DNA of 64,000 nucleotides from Octopus vulgaris (GCA_951406725.2 OX597814.1:180606001-180670000); one strand, 5' to 3'; shown: positions 1 through 13,272, counted from the stretch's first letter. Notes: generated from the sequence alone by a model not told the origin. Program-made: numbers and translations.

Positions 1-180
1 ACTTAGTGAAAAAAAAAAATATTTCAAAGTGTTCATATTCTTTCAAACGAGTAGCAGACGACACTTGAGACAGCGACTGTGTCGTCTGCAATAACGATAA
101 AAACCTATACTGGGATAAAATTATTTGTTTGCATACGGGCATCTTTGTTTCAGTCAGACTTACGCACTCACACTTATTTT

Positions 181-183
<3 letters not shown>

Positions 184-272
<89 letters not shown>
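184..272. repeat. Compound (CT)n-(TA)n microsatellite
   Basis: Direct reading; source of the SLSLSL/YIYIY pseudo-ORFs. Confidence 0.95.
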
Positions 273-276
<4 letters not shown>

Positions 277-359
277 TTGTTATTATCTCTCGTTACCACC
301 AGTCATCAGCATTTTTACATTCTATCTGCGCCTCTCTATCTTACTATCTATCTATTTGG

Positions 360-390
<31 letters not shown>

Positions 391-424
391 TTCTCTTTAT
401 ATATATATATATTTAATTTTTTTT

Positions 425-700
425 ATCTTTCATCTAGTTTAAGCTCACGAGCTGTGGCCATGCTGGGGCATCGCCATTTGGTGTTTCTACAAGATTTTGC
501 TTCACGAATACTTTTTAGCAATTGAAATTTGGTGCATGAGAGAATTTAATGCAGCTGCCCTCATCTGCACCTCCTGCCGCGAAGTTGGTTCATCTGGGAC
601 ACCTGACAGGAAGAGGTCCAGCTTTATTTTGAAGACACCTACATCCACCCCATGCAGGTCTCTCAGATCCTTCGAGGGGGATATTGAAGAGCTAGGGGTA
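425..700 (-). mobile_element. 3' end of CR1/L2-group LINE (ORF2 C-terminus plus 3' UTR)
   Basis: Minus strand reads LFNI..KDLRDLHGVDVGVFKIKLDLFLSGVPDEP...RAAALNSL, typical of the CR1/L2-group ORF2 end; 3' UTR GGCGATGCCCCAGCATGGCCACAG. Confidence 0.7.
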
Positions 701-998
701 AATGTGTGTGCTGTGAATACTCATATTTTCGCCTTTTATATACGGGGTTCGGTATTTCTGTGTATGTATGAATTCTTGTAGTTTGTGTATATACAACAGT
801 TATTGTATAAATATTTGTGTATCAATTTGAAAGTATATAGAAATGTTATGATGAAAAGATATGTCGAAAGTCCGACATAAGTGTGATTAAATACTAATGT
901 GGGAAACTTACATAAAGAATATAATGCAATCTTTAAATATAACCGCATGTATAAACAAACAAATATATACCGGCATTCACATATATATGTATATATTC

Positions 999-1054
<56 letters not shown>

Positions 1055-1264
1055 GTTTTTTTCCGAGCCACAGGCTCATATGACTGGATTTTCTGATGTT
1101 TATATACCCCTTTCTGCGCAGAACGGAAGACAGATCAGCGACAGAAATTGCCCATTTTTCTAGCTGAGTGGAATAGAACAACAGGTAATAATGTCCTTTG
1201 ATCAAGAACAACGGCATCCCCCAGGCTAGGAATCGGAAAATGCGCTTCCGCATATAGATGCACG

Positions 1265-1309
<45 letters not shown>

Positions 1310-1310
<1 letters not shown>

Positions 1311-1471
1311 GGGAGAATTTACTAAAAAAACAAAGCACGAAGACAGGTGGTGTACAAAACAAACAGGTGTATTAGTATAACGCTCAGGAATAGAAAGGGA
1401 CACAGAAAAAACAAGGAGAGAAACAAGAAGAGAAAAATAAATGTGTGTAGTGGCTAACGATCTATCATGGC

Positions 1472-1472
<1 letters not shown>
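1310..1472 (-). mobile_element. Short TA-flanked cassette of the same family as 45992/58707, ribozyme segment absent
   Basis: Shares AAAACAAA..CGAAGACAGGTG..ACAA..CAGGTGTATTAGT..ACGC with the 45992 and 58707 copies; flanked by (TA)n. Confidence 0.6.
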
Positions 1473-1524
<52 letters not shown>

Positions 1525-1529
1525 TATAA

Positions 1530-1841
1530 TAATAAATATTAGGGAATGAATCCCAAATTACAGGGAAAAATCAGATTTAGGGTTAAATCCAATTTTATAG
1601 TAAAATATTATATAATATAATTCGAGACAAAACCACTATTTTAAAATTAAACAAGGAAAGACTTAATCAATACATAATTTGATACTGATTAGAAGATCGA
1701 AAATCCACCTGAAGAATGTCAGTAGAAGACAGGAAACAATTGTAGTGGCGGTTTATTTAATTTATATTAAAATTTTATGTATTGATTAAGTCTTTCCTTG
1801 TTTGATTTTAAAATAGTGGTTTTGTCTCGAATTATATTATA
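1530..1841. mobile_element. TA-flanked inverted-repeat cassette with central hammerhead motif (Penelope pLTR-like)
   Basis: 67-bp inverted arms 1611-1677 and 1775-1841 around an HHR at 1705-1748. Confidence 0.7.
1705..1748 (+). ncRNA. Minimal type I hammerhead ribozyme
   Basis: CCAC-CTGAAGA-aTGTC agtagaa GACAg-GAAA-CAATTG-TA-GTGG: stem I CCAC/GTGG, intact core, palindromic stem III ACAATTGT; first stem II pair mismatched. Confidence 0.7.
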
Positions 1842-2221
<380 letters not shown>

Positions 2222-2288
2222 AAATTTTACCAGTGAGTGTGTTAAATTATAAGGCACTAAAAGAGAATGACTCTCTCCAGACACAACG

Positions 2289-2370
<82 letters not shown>

Positions 2371-2371
2371 G

Positions 2372-3069
2372 TATAAAATAAAGGGTAAAAAATTACTGAT
2401 GATTTTACTAAGGGATCAGCGTGGAAATAAAAAAACCTATAGGTGAATTTTATAAATATTACAATAATTATATACATAATTATAACAAGGGATTGGCTAT
2501 AAGCCTCTCCAGGCACTAGAAATAGACGCCAAAAGATGCTAACACCACCTTAAAAGCTCCAAAAAAATACAGGCTGTAGTTGAGGAAAAGAAAGATAATG
2601 AATTAAACTTTTAGTTAAACGTGTACAAGATCCCGTTTCAAGCTTAAGGTAAAAAAAATTATACCTACTGCTATCTTCAGCAACGTTACTCCGTAGCATA
2701 AATTCACGAGTATCTACACATATATGCAGGAGCAGTGACTTCGTATAGCAATATATATATATACACACTCGTAAAATATTCAGTAAAGTAGAATTCTCAT
2801 CTTTCTTTTCAGCCACGTGTAATATTTCAAAATAACCCTGCAGTAAATGCAGCTTTCATCAAGGAGAATTTTTTCAAAATATTAAATATAATAAAGGGTA
2901 AAAACAATTAATGATTTTACCAAGGGGTCAGCGCGGAAATAAAACCCTTATAGGTGAATATTACAGATATCATAATAACTATATACATAATAATAACAAG
3001 AGATTGGCTATACGCCTCTCCATGCGCAGGAAATAGACGCCAAAAGACGCTAATACCACTTTAAAAACT
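2372..3069 (-). mobile_element. Terminally redundant ~513-bp non-coding cassette with degenerate hammerhead (retrozyme/pLTR-like)
   Basis: Diverged direct repeats 2378-2558 and 2891-3069; minus strand CTGAAGA-TAGC..AGGTA/TACCT hairpin..GCTT-GAAAC at ~2629-2684; begins at a (TA)n tract. Confidence 0.55.
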
Positions 3070-3599
3070 TTTGTGTGTATGCATGCTTGCATGCATGTAT
3101 GTTATTATTCAGTTTACTTCAATAGAGAACGAACCGGTTTCTAAACTAGATCCAAGATTCTACATTGGAATTTCAACATCAACAGCAGGATACTTTTGTA
3201 TGTATGTATGTATGTATCTATGTATGTATGTATGTATGTATGTATCTATGTATATGTATGTATGCACGCATGTATGTATGTATGCATGTATGTGCAGATT
3301 TGTACGTTTTATGTATGTATTCTCATACATATAGTTACATATCTAGACATACTCATATATATTTAAATGATAAACTTCTGGAAAGTTTTACAGATTTTTA
3401 CAGTTCCAGTAATGAATTGGATCTGTAGTCCTCGAATATGCGTTCTCCTTTCTGGTTTTGAGAAGCCTAATTTCTCAAGATTGGTATTTAGGCTGTGCAT
3501 TACATACCTCTCTAAGCCAAAACTAGAGGTATAAAACTGAACTTGTAATCTGGAGATTTCTCAATTGGTATTTTCTTTTTCACAGAACGTCAGTTTTAT

Positions 3600-3716
3600 G
3601 TATGTATGTATGTATGTATGTATGTATGTATGTATGTATGTATGTATGTATGTATGTATGTATGTGTGTGTATGTATGTATGTGTGTGAATGTATGTATG
3701 TGTGTATGTATGTATG
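3600..3716. repeat. (TATG)n microsatellite
   Basis: Direct reading. Confidence 0.95.
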
Positions 3717-3922
3717 TAAAATTACAAACAATTAAAAATGGAATTAGCAAATCGTTTTACTACTTATTTACAATTTACAATTGCTCTGTCATGATTCAAT
3801 ATAATCAATATTACATAATTGTATAACCAATATAACTCAACACAACGAACTTATCTGTGTGTGTGTATGTGTGGTGTGTGTGTGCGTGTGTTTGTGTGTT
3901 TGTTTGTGTGTGTGTATGTGTG

Positions 3923-4008
<86 letters not shown>

Positions 4009-4013
4009 GTGTA

Positions 4014-4720
4014 CAGGGTCCTCGCCATGGAAACCGAAAATGAAGCAGAAAGTGAAATAAAATCGTCAAACGTATAAATCACCATACTGCCAGAAAAGCA
4101 AAACACGCGTTCAGCTATTTCAATTAAACATAGCTACTAAGCAGCTCATTCAACAAAACAGCCAAATTGACGGTCTCGGTACAGTCTTGGATGCGACTGC
4201 ATGATAGCATCAGATGATCCTACTATGCTACCCATCACATCCACCATAGCCACAAGAGTAGTCCCCAAGTATTTGACATCGTGGTGCCACCAATCAGTGA
4301 CCATCACAACTCGAATGTCGAAGACGCAACCGTGCAAGAATTTCAAATCATGAAGCCTCGAATACCGTATGATATTTGGTGTCACATAACCACAAGGTTC
4401 GCCCTGGGCATTACCTGATATGAGTTGCCCTCTCTTCTTTACGTAGGATTTATACTTGATGTTCTTGTTTATTGAAATGTTTGATAGTAGACTCATCCTC
4501 TTTACCTACTCAATGATTGCCCTCAAGAACTCGCTGGTTTTTATGTTTGATGAGTCACGGTTCTACTGAACAATGCAGGTTGTCCTGGCGACGTCTGGTC
4601 TCTGAGTGTTTGTTCTGGCTATGAACGACATGACAGCATCTGACGCTATCAGCTCTGTAGTGACTCTGAACAAGAAGCTAACGAGCTCCAATTCTCTATG
4701 GCTGGCACTTAGATTATCTC
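4014..4720 (-). mobile_element. Possible highly decayed Tc1/mariner-like transposon
   Basis: Starts TA|CAGGG; minus strand has APRCQILGDYSCGY, resembling the WPPRSPDL..DYFLWGY motif; very degenerate. Confidence 0.3.
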
Positions 4721-4986
4721 CTCAGCCTCTCTGTCTTACACATGCTGTTTCATATAATGACATACATCATTATTTCAATGAAATATTCCTTATCAGACAA
4801 TGCGAGTTCTGATTTAGTAATGGAGGTATGGTAGAAGTTTTTTTTGGGGGGTAGGGGGGTCGCGCGTATACATGTCGATGCACAATTATTATGACATAAT
4901 TTTTTGAAATATTAATCTTATTTTTCAATTCGTTTATATCAATAACATCTCTGATAGAAGTATCTCTCCTTATTTTTTGTATTTCC

Positions 4987-5035
<49 letters not shown>

Positions 5036-5702
5036 GCGCACACGCATACACACACATACACACATTCCTTTTCTTCGATTTTTGCTTGTCGCCTTCCCCT
5101 TCCCTTCTCTTGTCTTTTCGTTTCTCCTTTTTAGTCAAAGCTCTTATTTGTCATGCTATATCAGGTAAGGGTAAGAATGCCAATAATACACACGCATTGG
5201 TTCTATTTCACTCATTTTATCATTAGTCAATTCCTTAATATTTAAACAATTAACTATTTGATTGTTTGATTAATTGTGCGGTCAATCATTCATCAACTAG
5301 GTTAAAGTTCTATTGTCGCCATTCCCGACTTTCTTTTTCAGACCTGAAATAGACCGGAAACAGACCAGAAGCAGATCTGGGGTATAGAGAACACGTCAGA
5401 ATGGATTGCATCATGTATTTGAGCAACAAAGAAGAGATTATATTAGATAATATACAACATAAATTATTGATTTACTGAAATTATCTCCTCTTCCAAATAG
5501 AATAGATCAACGGTGTACAGCAATTAGTACAATGTCCAAATAACAAGGAGCGATAATCTCGAAACCCAAGAATTCTTCCAAACTGATACGCAAGAATGAA
5601 AAACCAATGGAAGACAGCTGTGAACAAATGTCTCTGGCTTTAAAAGTGTCATCAGCACAGCACGACCTATATTATCTCCAGCATAGGCGTGCTATATATA
5701 TA

Positions 5703-5909
5703 TATTTCTTTATTGCCCACAAGGGGCTAAACATAGAGGGGACAAACAAGGACAGACAAACGGATCAAGTCGATTACATTGACCCCAGTGCGTGACTGGT
5801 AATTTATTTATCGACCACGAAAGGATGAAAGGCAAAGTCGACCTCGGTGGAATTTGAACTCAGAACGTAACTGTAGATGAAATACGTACTAACGTTTCTG
5901 CCAGCTCGC
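5703..5909 (-). mobile_element. tRNA-derived SINE, family A (Meta-domain-like core)
   Basis: Multi-copy in window; B-box GAGTTCAAATTCC and GTCGACTTTGCCTTTCATCCTTTCG..GTCGATAAA core on minus strand. Confidence 0.9.
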
Positions 5910-6307
5910 GGCCCTCAGGCGTGCTATATATGTATATTAAAAAGAGTAGAACACATATATTCTCAAGTAATTTGCATAGATAAAACGAAAATGAACTGAG
6001 AAAAATAATTTTCAGATTAGGCAGGGGTATGTATTTTAACAAAAACAAAAAGATTATAGCAAATATTATACACGATAAATTCATGATTTATTGAAAACAC
6101 CTTGTGTTAAAGTGTGGCATGAATAACTGAAAATAAAATTTAATGTACAACAGTATTATTTTGATATTTCAGCTGCTCTTTGTGGGAACAGTACAAATAA
6201 TTTACTCTGTTAGCTAGATATCATTCTCTCAGTCGAAGAATATATTACACTCTTCATCTACCTCTTACTTAGTCATATTGCGATTTTACTGATGGAAAAT
6301 GTATTTC

Positions 6308-6676
6308 GGCGATCTGGCAGAAACGTTAGCACGCCGGGCGAAATGCGTAGCCGTATTTCGTCTGCCGTTACGTTGTGAGTTCAAATTCCGCCGAGGTCGA
6401 CTTTGCCTTTCATCCTTTCGGGGTCGATAAATTAACTACCAGTTACGCACTGGAGTCGATATAATCGACTTAATCCGTTTGTCTGTCCTTGTTCGTCCCT
6501 TCTGTGTTAGTAAAGAAATAGGTATTTCGTCTGTCTTTACGTTCTGAGTTCAAATTCCGTCGAGGTCGACTTTGCCTTTCATCCTTTCGGGGTCAATAAA
6601 TTAAGTACCAGTTGCGTACTGGGTCGATCTAATCGTCTGGCTCCCGCTCAAAAAATTTCGGACTCTTGTACCTAGA
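6308..6676 (+). mobile_element. Dimeric SINE family A with target-site duplication
   Basis: Two tandem cores; flanks GATGGAAAATGTATT (6291-6305) and GATGAAAATGTATT (6677-6690). Confidence 0.85.
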
Positions 6677-7598
6677 GATGAAAATGTATTGCACGTTATG
6701 TTTTTTTCTTCTCACCTGAGATTTTTCTAGTACCACATGGAACAGTATTCTTTCGGGTATTTGTTTGTGTTATTCTTTAACCTCAGGTAAACTTTAATAA
6801 AGCAGATCTATAATCAATGCCATTCCAACTATGAACATCCCGTATTGTTTAGAGGTACTTAGAACTACTACATTGATCACTGCGCTATTTCCTTAATTAA
6901 GAGAGACAAGAGATGCTTTAGGGTTGGGAAGTCGATTGGTTAACCGTAAGAGCAATTTGCAGTACATATTCCGGCTCTTTGTGTTCTGAGTTCAAATCTT
7001 ATCCAGAACATATCTGCCCTTCAATATTAAGGGTGTGCATAAAATAAAATACCAATCAAATAATAAACTGATTTATTCTCCTTCCCACTCTCTCTCTCTC
7101 TCTCTCTCTCACTCTCTCTCTCTCTTTCTCCATATATGTGTATGAGAGAAAGAGAGAGAGATGGCTTTGTGGAACTGTGACAACGACGTGCAGGACCATT
7201 CACAGAAACCCTTTTCTTCAAGCGACTTTCACAAGCTCTAATAAAAGATGGTGCGTGACGATGATAATGCAAATGATGACGTACATACATACATACATAT
7301 ACATTATATATATATATCATTTGTGGTTTAACAAGGCTACCAATGGATTCATGCAAGACGGAATTTTTTAACAATTATTATCAAGCCTGCCACATGGGAA
7401 CGTAAGAACATATCTTCAATCATATGAAACTATTGGTAGCCTTGTTTACCCACAAATGATGAATATTTATCCACTAATGTGGTGCTGAGCACTCATTCTC
7501 ACTGTTCGATATCAGCGTAGTATATGTATGCATGCATGTATGTATGTATGTATGTATGTATGTATGTATGTATGTATGTATGTATGTATGTATGTGTG

Positions 7599-7633
<35 letters not shown>

Positions 7634-7636
<3 letters not shown>

Positions 7637-8016
7637 CGCAAGAGCGGCTGTGTTGTTAGTAGCTTCCTTACCAACTACATGGTTCCAGGTTCAGTCCCAT
7701 TGCGTGGCACTTTGGGCATATATCTTCTACAAAGCCTTGTCAGTGGATTTGGTAGACAGAAACTGAAAGAAGCGCTCGTCGTATATATGTATATATATGT
7801 ACGTGTGTCAATATGTTTGTGTGTCTGTGTTTATCCCCCAAAATCGCTTGACAACCGATGCTGGTGTGTTTACGTCCCCGTAACGTAGCGGTTCGGCAAA
7901 AGAGACTGATATAATAAGTACTAGGCTTGCAAAGAATAAGTCCTAGGGTAGATTTGTTCGACTATAGGCAGTGCTCCAGCATGGCCGCAATCAAATGACT
8001 GAAACAAGTAAAAGAA
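7634..8016 (+). mobile_element. tRNA-derived SINE, family B (Nin/Deu-like central domain)
   Basis: A/B-box head, GCTTGACAACCGATGCTGGTGTGTTTACGTCCCCGTAAC domain, tail GGCAGTGCTCCAGCATGGCCGCA; multi-copy. Confidence 0.9.
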
Positions 8017-8017
8017 A

Positions 8018-8070
<53 letters not shown>

Positions 8071-8694
8071 TCAAGCCTTCTGTGGGCATGAGCATGTCAT
8101 TCATGGAGAAGTGTAAGGTGAAATGTTCTATTAGGAGTGTTTTGTTGATATAAGTGTTCACATAACGTATGCATGGTATGAGATTCGACCTTATTAAGGG
8201 GAGGTTATTTCGTGATGTAAAGGTTGTATTAAAAACATTTTATGTAGTTCAAATGTGATCTGATATAGAGCTCAAAATACTGGACGTAATTCTGCCCTGG
8301 ATGAGTTGCTATCGACTGTGGGATAGGAAACAGATGTTGACTAATTATTTAAGGCTGTGTTGATTCGAGGATCGTTCGTGTGGCTCACGTGTTTAGTGTC
8401 TTTGGAAACTCATCTAAGTTGTATAACATGTTATACAAAGTTATCGTTATGGAGCACATAAATGAATAGACTTTGACAATCATTAAGTCTCTTCAAGTTT
8501 ACAATCAATAAATTTAAATGAAACTCTAAGAGCTATGTTAAATTATTGGGATGACTTTCGCATTGTCTTCAATGACAGGATAATTCATAGTTAGAAAGAG
8601 GTTGGCACTTTAGAGATGAGTAATTATCGTAGTTCAGAGAATAAGATTCTTCAAAACTAAGGCAATCTAATACATTAATTTCAGCTCATTGTTT

Positions 8695-9008
8695 GCAATA
8701 GTTTGGGTATTCGGTTCACTATCGTAAGGTCGTGAGTTCGATTCCTGGCAGCGGATTGTATCCTTGTGTAAGACACTTTATTTCACGCTACTTGGCTGGC
8801 AAAAAATTAGTAGTACCTGTATTTCAAAGGGCCAGCTTTGTCACATTTTGTGTCATGCTGAATCTCCCTGGGAAAGGTGTGTGTGTCTGTGGAATGGAGT
8901 GCTTAACCACTTACCCGTTAATTTCAAGAGCAGGCTGTTCCGTTGACGGGATCAACTGTATCCCACATCGTCGTAACCGACGGAGTACCAGAGTACCAGA
9001 GTACCAGA
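8695..9008 (+). mobile_element. CORE-like tRNA SINE with (GAGTACCA)3 tail
   Basis: B-box GAGTTCGATTCC, AAGACACTTTATTTCACG segment shared with family C, tandem 8-mer tail; decayed relative near 59870-60030. Confidence 0.7.
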
Positions 9009-9371
9009 GCGAGATAAGAGACAAATTGTTTGCAAACTTTAATAGAAATAAGAACCACAGCCTATTCATTTTCCCACGCCATAACAAATTTCTTTTTATT
9101 ACAAGTTTTACAAGTTTAAATACATTTTCAAAGACACTTGTCACAACCAACGAACACACCCTTCCAAGGTCAAAACACTCATATATAAACTACCAACAAA
9201 TTTTTTTATATCCCAAAGTCACAAGCTGCCCATCCCGAGGCGAGACTCTCGCTAGACAGTCAACTTTTGATATAATAAATATATGCATCCACTTCATGCT
9301 GCGTACTGTTTGATATCAGATAATATTTGAACTAAAAAAAATTTTTTCCAACTCTTACGTTACTATAAATA

Positions 9372-9603
9372 TATTTCTTTATTGCCCTCAAGGGGCTAAA
9401 CATAGAGGGGACAAACAAGGACAGACAAACGGATTAAGTCGATTAGATCGACACCAGTGCGTAACTGGTACTTATTTAATCGACCCCGAAAGGTTGAAAG
9501 GCAAAGTTGACCTCGGCGGAATTTGAACTCAGAACGTAACGGCAGACAAAATACGACTACGCATTTCGCCCGGCGTGCTAACCTTTCTGCCAGATCGCCG
9601 CCT
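9372..9603 (-). mobile_element. SINE family A
   Basis: Full-length match to other copies. Confidence 0.9.
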
Positions 9604-9757
9604 AACATATGTTCAAATACCGTCAATTTTATGGAGGTGGTGAGCTAATATGCGACACGAACATTTGATGACTACAAACAAATCATTTGTGTAGGTCGTT
9701 CGGTAAAGACTGAATGCTCATACGTCGTCCTCGACGGGAGAGTCCATCATACATATA

Positions 9758-10641
9758 CAAGGTGGGGTGAATATATTGTCGTCTAAATTACGCAAAAATA
9801 AAATTAACACTGACATATCATTTTAACAGATGTATTTACTAAAATTACACAAAAATAATTTGAAATACTAAAGAGTAAATTTATTCAATAAACTCGATAT
9901 TTGCTTCAACCACGGCCTCCAGACGACTTGGGAACCTCTTGCAACTCTTCTGGGCGGTCTCCTTGTTTAAGTTGGTGAATGCTGCCATAATTCTTGCCTT
10001 CAGTCCATCTCTGGTGTTACAAGTTTTGTTGGTCTCTCGCTCAACTGTGCCCCACACATAATAATCAAGAAGGTTGCAGTTTGGGAGTTAGGCGGCCAGA
10101 TGTTAGGAGTGATGTGGTCGCAGAAATTGTCTGACAGCCATGACTTGGTCCTCCTACTTGTGTGGCGTGGTGCAGGGTCTTGTTGCCAGACACAAGCACT
10201 TCCAGCAGTCACCCTATTGACCTAAGGCAGCACTACCTCCTCCAGGCACTTGATGTTGGCCTCCGTGTTGAGTCTGAGGCCGTTTGGAAAGATAAAAGGA
10301 GGCATAGCGTCACCATCACTAGTTATTACTCCAAACACCAATGTGTTGACTGAATGTTTGATCTTTATCACTCTCGGTACAAGTTTTGGGGACACGGCAA
10401 GCCAATGGTTTTTCTGCGTGTTCACCCTCTTTTCGTATGGAGCTTCCGGCGCGAATGCCAAGCAGTACAGCATGTCGTTTCCAAATTTCTGGCAGGACGA
10501 ATTGCGTCATGGTGCTGTTTTTCTTACAGACGGTACCCAACCGACCCTACTATACTGTGTAGTCGACAAAATCAAAAACAAACAATGCGCATACAAGAAA
10601 TTAAAAATATAAAATGGCAACAATTTACCCATCACACGCTG
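9758..10641 (-). mobile_element. Internally deleted Tc1/mariner (maT/DD37D-like) transposon
   Basis: TA flanks, degenerate ~26-bp TIRs, frameshifted VFGVITSDGDAMPPFIF / WQQDPAPRHTS / WPPNS motifs. Confidence 0.85.
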
Positions 10642-10704
10642 TATACATGTATATATATGTATATACATAAATACACATATATATACACTCACACACACAC
10701 ACGC

Positions 10705-10759
<55 letters not shown>

Positions 10760-10929
10760 CTATATATATATATAAATATATACATATATATATATATATA
10801 TAAATATATATATATATCCAAACACACGTATATGTATATATATATAAACACTAATTAAAAATCTCTATTCTCACAGTAGCTAATTTTGGATTAAGTAGAC
10901 CCAGTATGTGTGGTGTGTGTGTGTATGTG

Positions 10930-10968
<39 letters not shown>

Positions 10969-11574
10969 TTGCGTGCTCGCACACACACGCACACAATATC
11001 AAGATTCGCTTCAATATCCAGTCATAATCCAAGAGTATTAGTATTTTAAATATTTCTGGAAAAGGCAGTAACAATATGACCAGCAAACCACTAGCAACAT
11101 TCGCCCACCACCTAGCATCTAAACAAATGAAGCCTACATCATCACCACTATCAACCTACTAGCTTTTGAATCCAATTGGTACGCCAGTACGTGTAACTGA
11201 GTGTGGGTGTCTCTATGTGCATGAGGTGTGTGTGTGTGTGTATGTGTATGTGTGTGCGCGGCGTGTGTGTGTATGCGTATTAATGCCTTAAGTCAGAAGA
11301 GCGAAGGGCGAATTGCCTATAAAATCTGCTGACCTTTCTGCTGACTGTAATCATATAGTACTCTCCTTTCATCAGCGCTTGGCCTTTTCATCTCATTTTC
11401 TGTATTACATCCAAAGGAATAAACAATTTTCTGCTCTCACGAAACATGTTTCCTTAGCCAAATTTTAAAAATTAGTATTTGTTACGGATAATTAATCACC
11501 GCTGCTATTGGATTTATCTTCAATTTAAGAAGTCTTGAAAGACGCTATCAAGCAGAGCTGAAAGCAGCGGTGTG

Positions 11575-12740
11575 GAAAGAAACTGTTAAGGATTACACTG
11601 GATATTCGACTTGATGTTTTAAAAAAACTTCATGCGGGAGAAAAACTAATTTATATTGCTAAAACATTAAACCTTGCAACATCAATAGTGGGAACAATAC
11701 GTGATAACAAGAGAGAAAATTATGTCAAGTACTCAAGAAGCTACTCCCTTAACTGCCCGGATCTTATTTTTCCATAGATTTAATGTAACGCTTGAAATGG
11801 AACGACTCTTGGATATATTGATCGAGGATCAGAACCGGTGCAATGTGCCAATAAGCACGCTGGTAATTCAAAAACAAACCAAAAGAGTTTATGACGATTT
11901 ACAGAAAAGGAAGGTGAAGCTTCTAATGAAAAACCATTTTTGGGTAGTACACGCCGGTTTGCAAGTTGAAGAAGTGAATGAATTTGCACAACATAAAAAT
12001 GACTGGTGAAACTGCGAGCGCTAATACAGAGGCTGTTACTAGTTATCAGTTGGAAAAAATGATTACTGAAGGGCGCTACACAATGGAACAAGTACGCAAT
12101 GTTGATGAAGCTGCCCTTTTCTGGAAACGCATGCCTGTTAGATCTATAATTTCTCGCGAAAAAAAAGAATCAGCACCTGGATTTAAAACTTCCAAAGATT
12201 GCCTGACACTTCTTTTGAGTAGAAATACCGCTGGTGATGTAAAATTAAAGCCTTTTTGTGTGTATCTCTCCGAAAACCCAAAGGCTTCCATGGGTTTAAT
12301 CTACCTCTGATCTGGTGTCCAAATAAGAAAGCAAGAATGACTAAGAGCCTTTTCAAAGAAAGGTTATCAAAAGCTTTTGCCCTGTCGTAGAAAGGAACAG
12401 TGCCAGACATATTTCCAGCAAAGCATTACCTCGAGATAATGCATCAAACCACCCAGTGAACTTAGATGACCTTTCTGATAATTTGAGAGTAGAATATGTC
12501 CCAAAGAATACAACTTCTTTGCTTCAGCCAACAGATCAAGGAACAAAAGCTAACTTCAAGGCGTATTATATGAGAACTTTCAAACAACTTATGAAAACAA
12601 TTGACAGGGTGTATAAACTTTCAGTTAGACATTTCTGGAAGAATTTCATAATGGATGTTGTGTATAATATAGTATAATATACCTGAATCATGGGATGAAA
12701 TGAAACCTTCGACTCTGAATAATGATTTGAAAATTATATA
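11575..12740 (+). pseudogene. pogo/Tigger-like (CENP-B/DDE_1) transposase remnant
   Basis: NVDEAALFWKRMP, PGFKTSKDCLTLLL, KLKP, PKNTTSLLQPTDQG motifs across frameshifts; N-terminal HTH-like segment. Confidence 0.9.
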
Positions 12741-12874
12741 GGCTTCTGTATCAGTAACATTACAAGTTTTCATCAAGCAGAACGTTAGAAAAGAACAAGC
12801 TGAGAAGATAGATAAGACAACAGAAGTTCAACTTACACCACTTAAGTCAACTACAAAAATTATTGCTGTAGACG

Positions 12875-12970
12875 CAAGTGTGGATGTGTAGTAATATGCT
12901 TGCTCCTCTACCACATGGTTCCGGGTTCAGTCCTATTGCGTGGCACCTTGGACGGAAACTGAAAGAAGCC
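12875..12970 (+). mobile_element. Truncated SINE family B head
   Basis: CCACATGGTTCCGGGTTCAGTCC..GCGTGGCACCTTGG..GGAAACTGAAAGAAGCC. Confidence 0.75.
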
Positions 12971-13114
12971 TCCACGACCGTGAAGTTACGATTTTAGGCG
13001 GGCGATTGGGACCACGTGGATGAGGAAGGCGCGATCCAGAAAGGAGTCGACAGCGGGCTGTGACCAGCGGTGTCAAATGGACGCCCGACGGACTGGTCGA
13101 TCAAGGTGATCAAG

Positions 13115-13118
<4 letters not shown>
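12971..13118 (+). mobile_element. RTE-like LINE extreme 3' end with (TCAAGGTGA)2 tail
   Basis: Reads DFRRAIGTTWMRKARSRKE..CDQRC; tandem 9-mer tail runs into (TA)n; related tail at 17334-17455. Confidence 0.55.
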
Positions 13119-13178
<60 letters not shown>

Positions 13179-13272
13179 TAAGGAGAATAAAGAATTTGAA
13201 CATTCAAACTTTAATTATTTCCAGTTAGCTTATTCATTTTACATAGGGAAATTCAGTATCTGCATGGATATT

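Noticed and set aside
54-89. 11-bp inverted repeat GCAGACGACAC/GTGTCGTCTGC
   Set aside because: Isolated and near the window edge; no function can be supported
3120-3190. GAAACCGGTT palindrome suggesting a hammerhead on the minus strand
   Set aside because: No CUGAnGA core at the right position
8080-8410. Possible Penelope linker-region remnant
   Set aside because: Only vague similarity across several frameshifts
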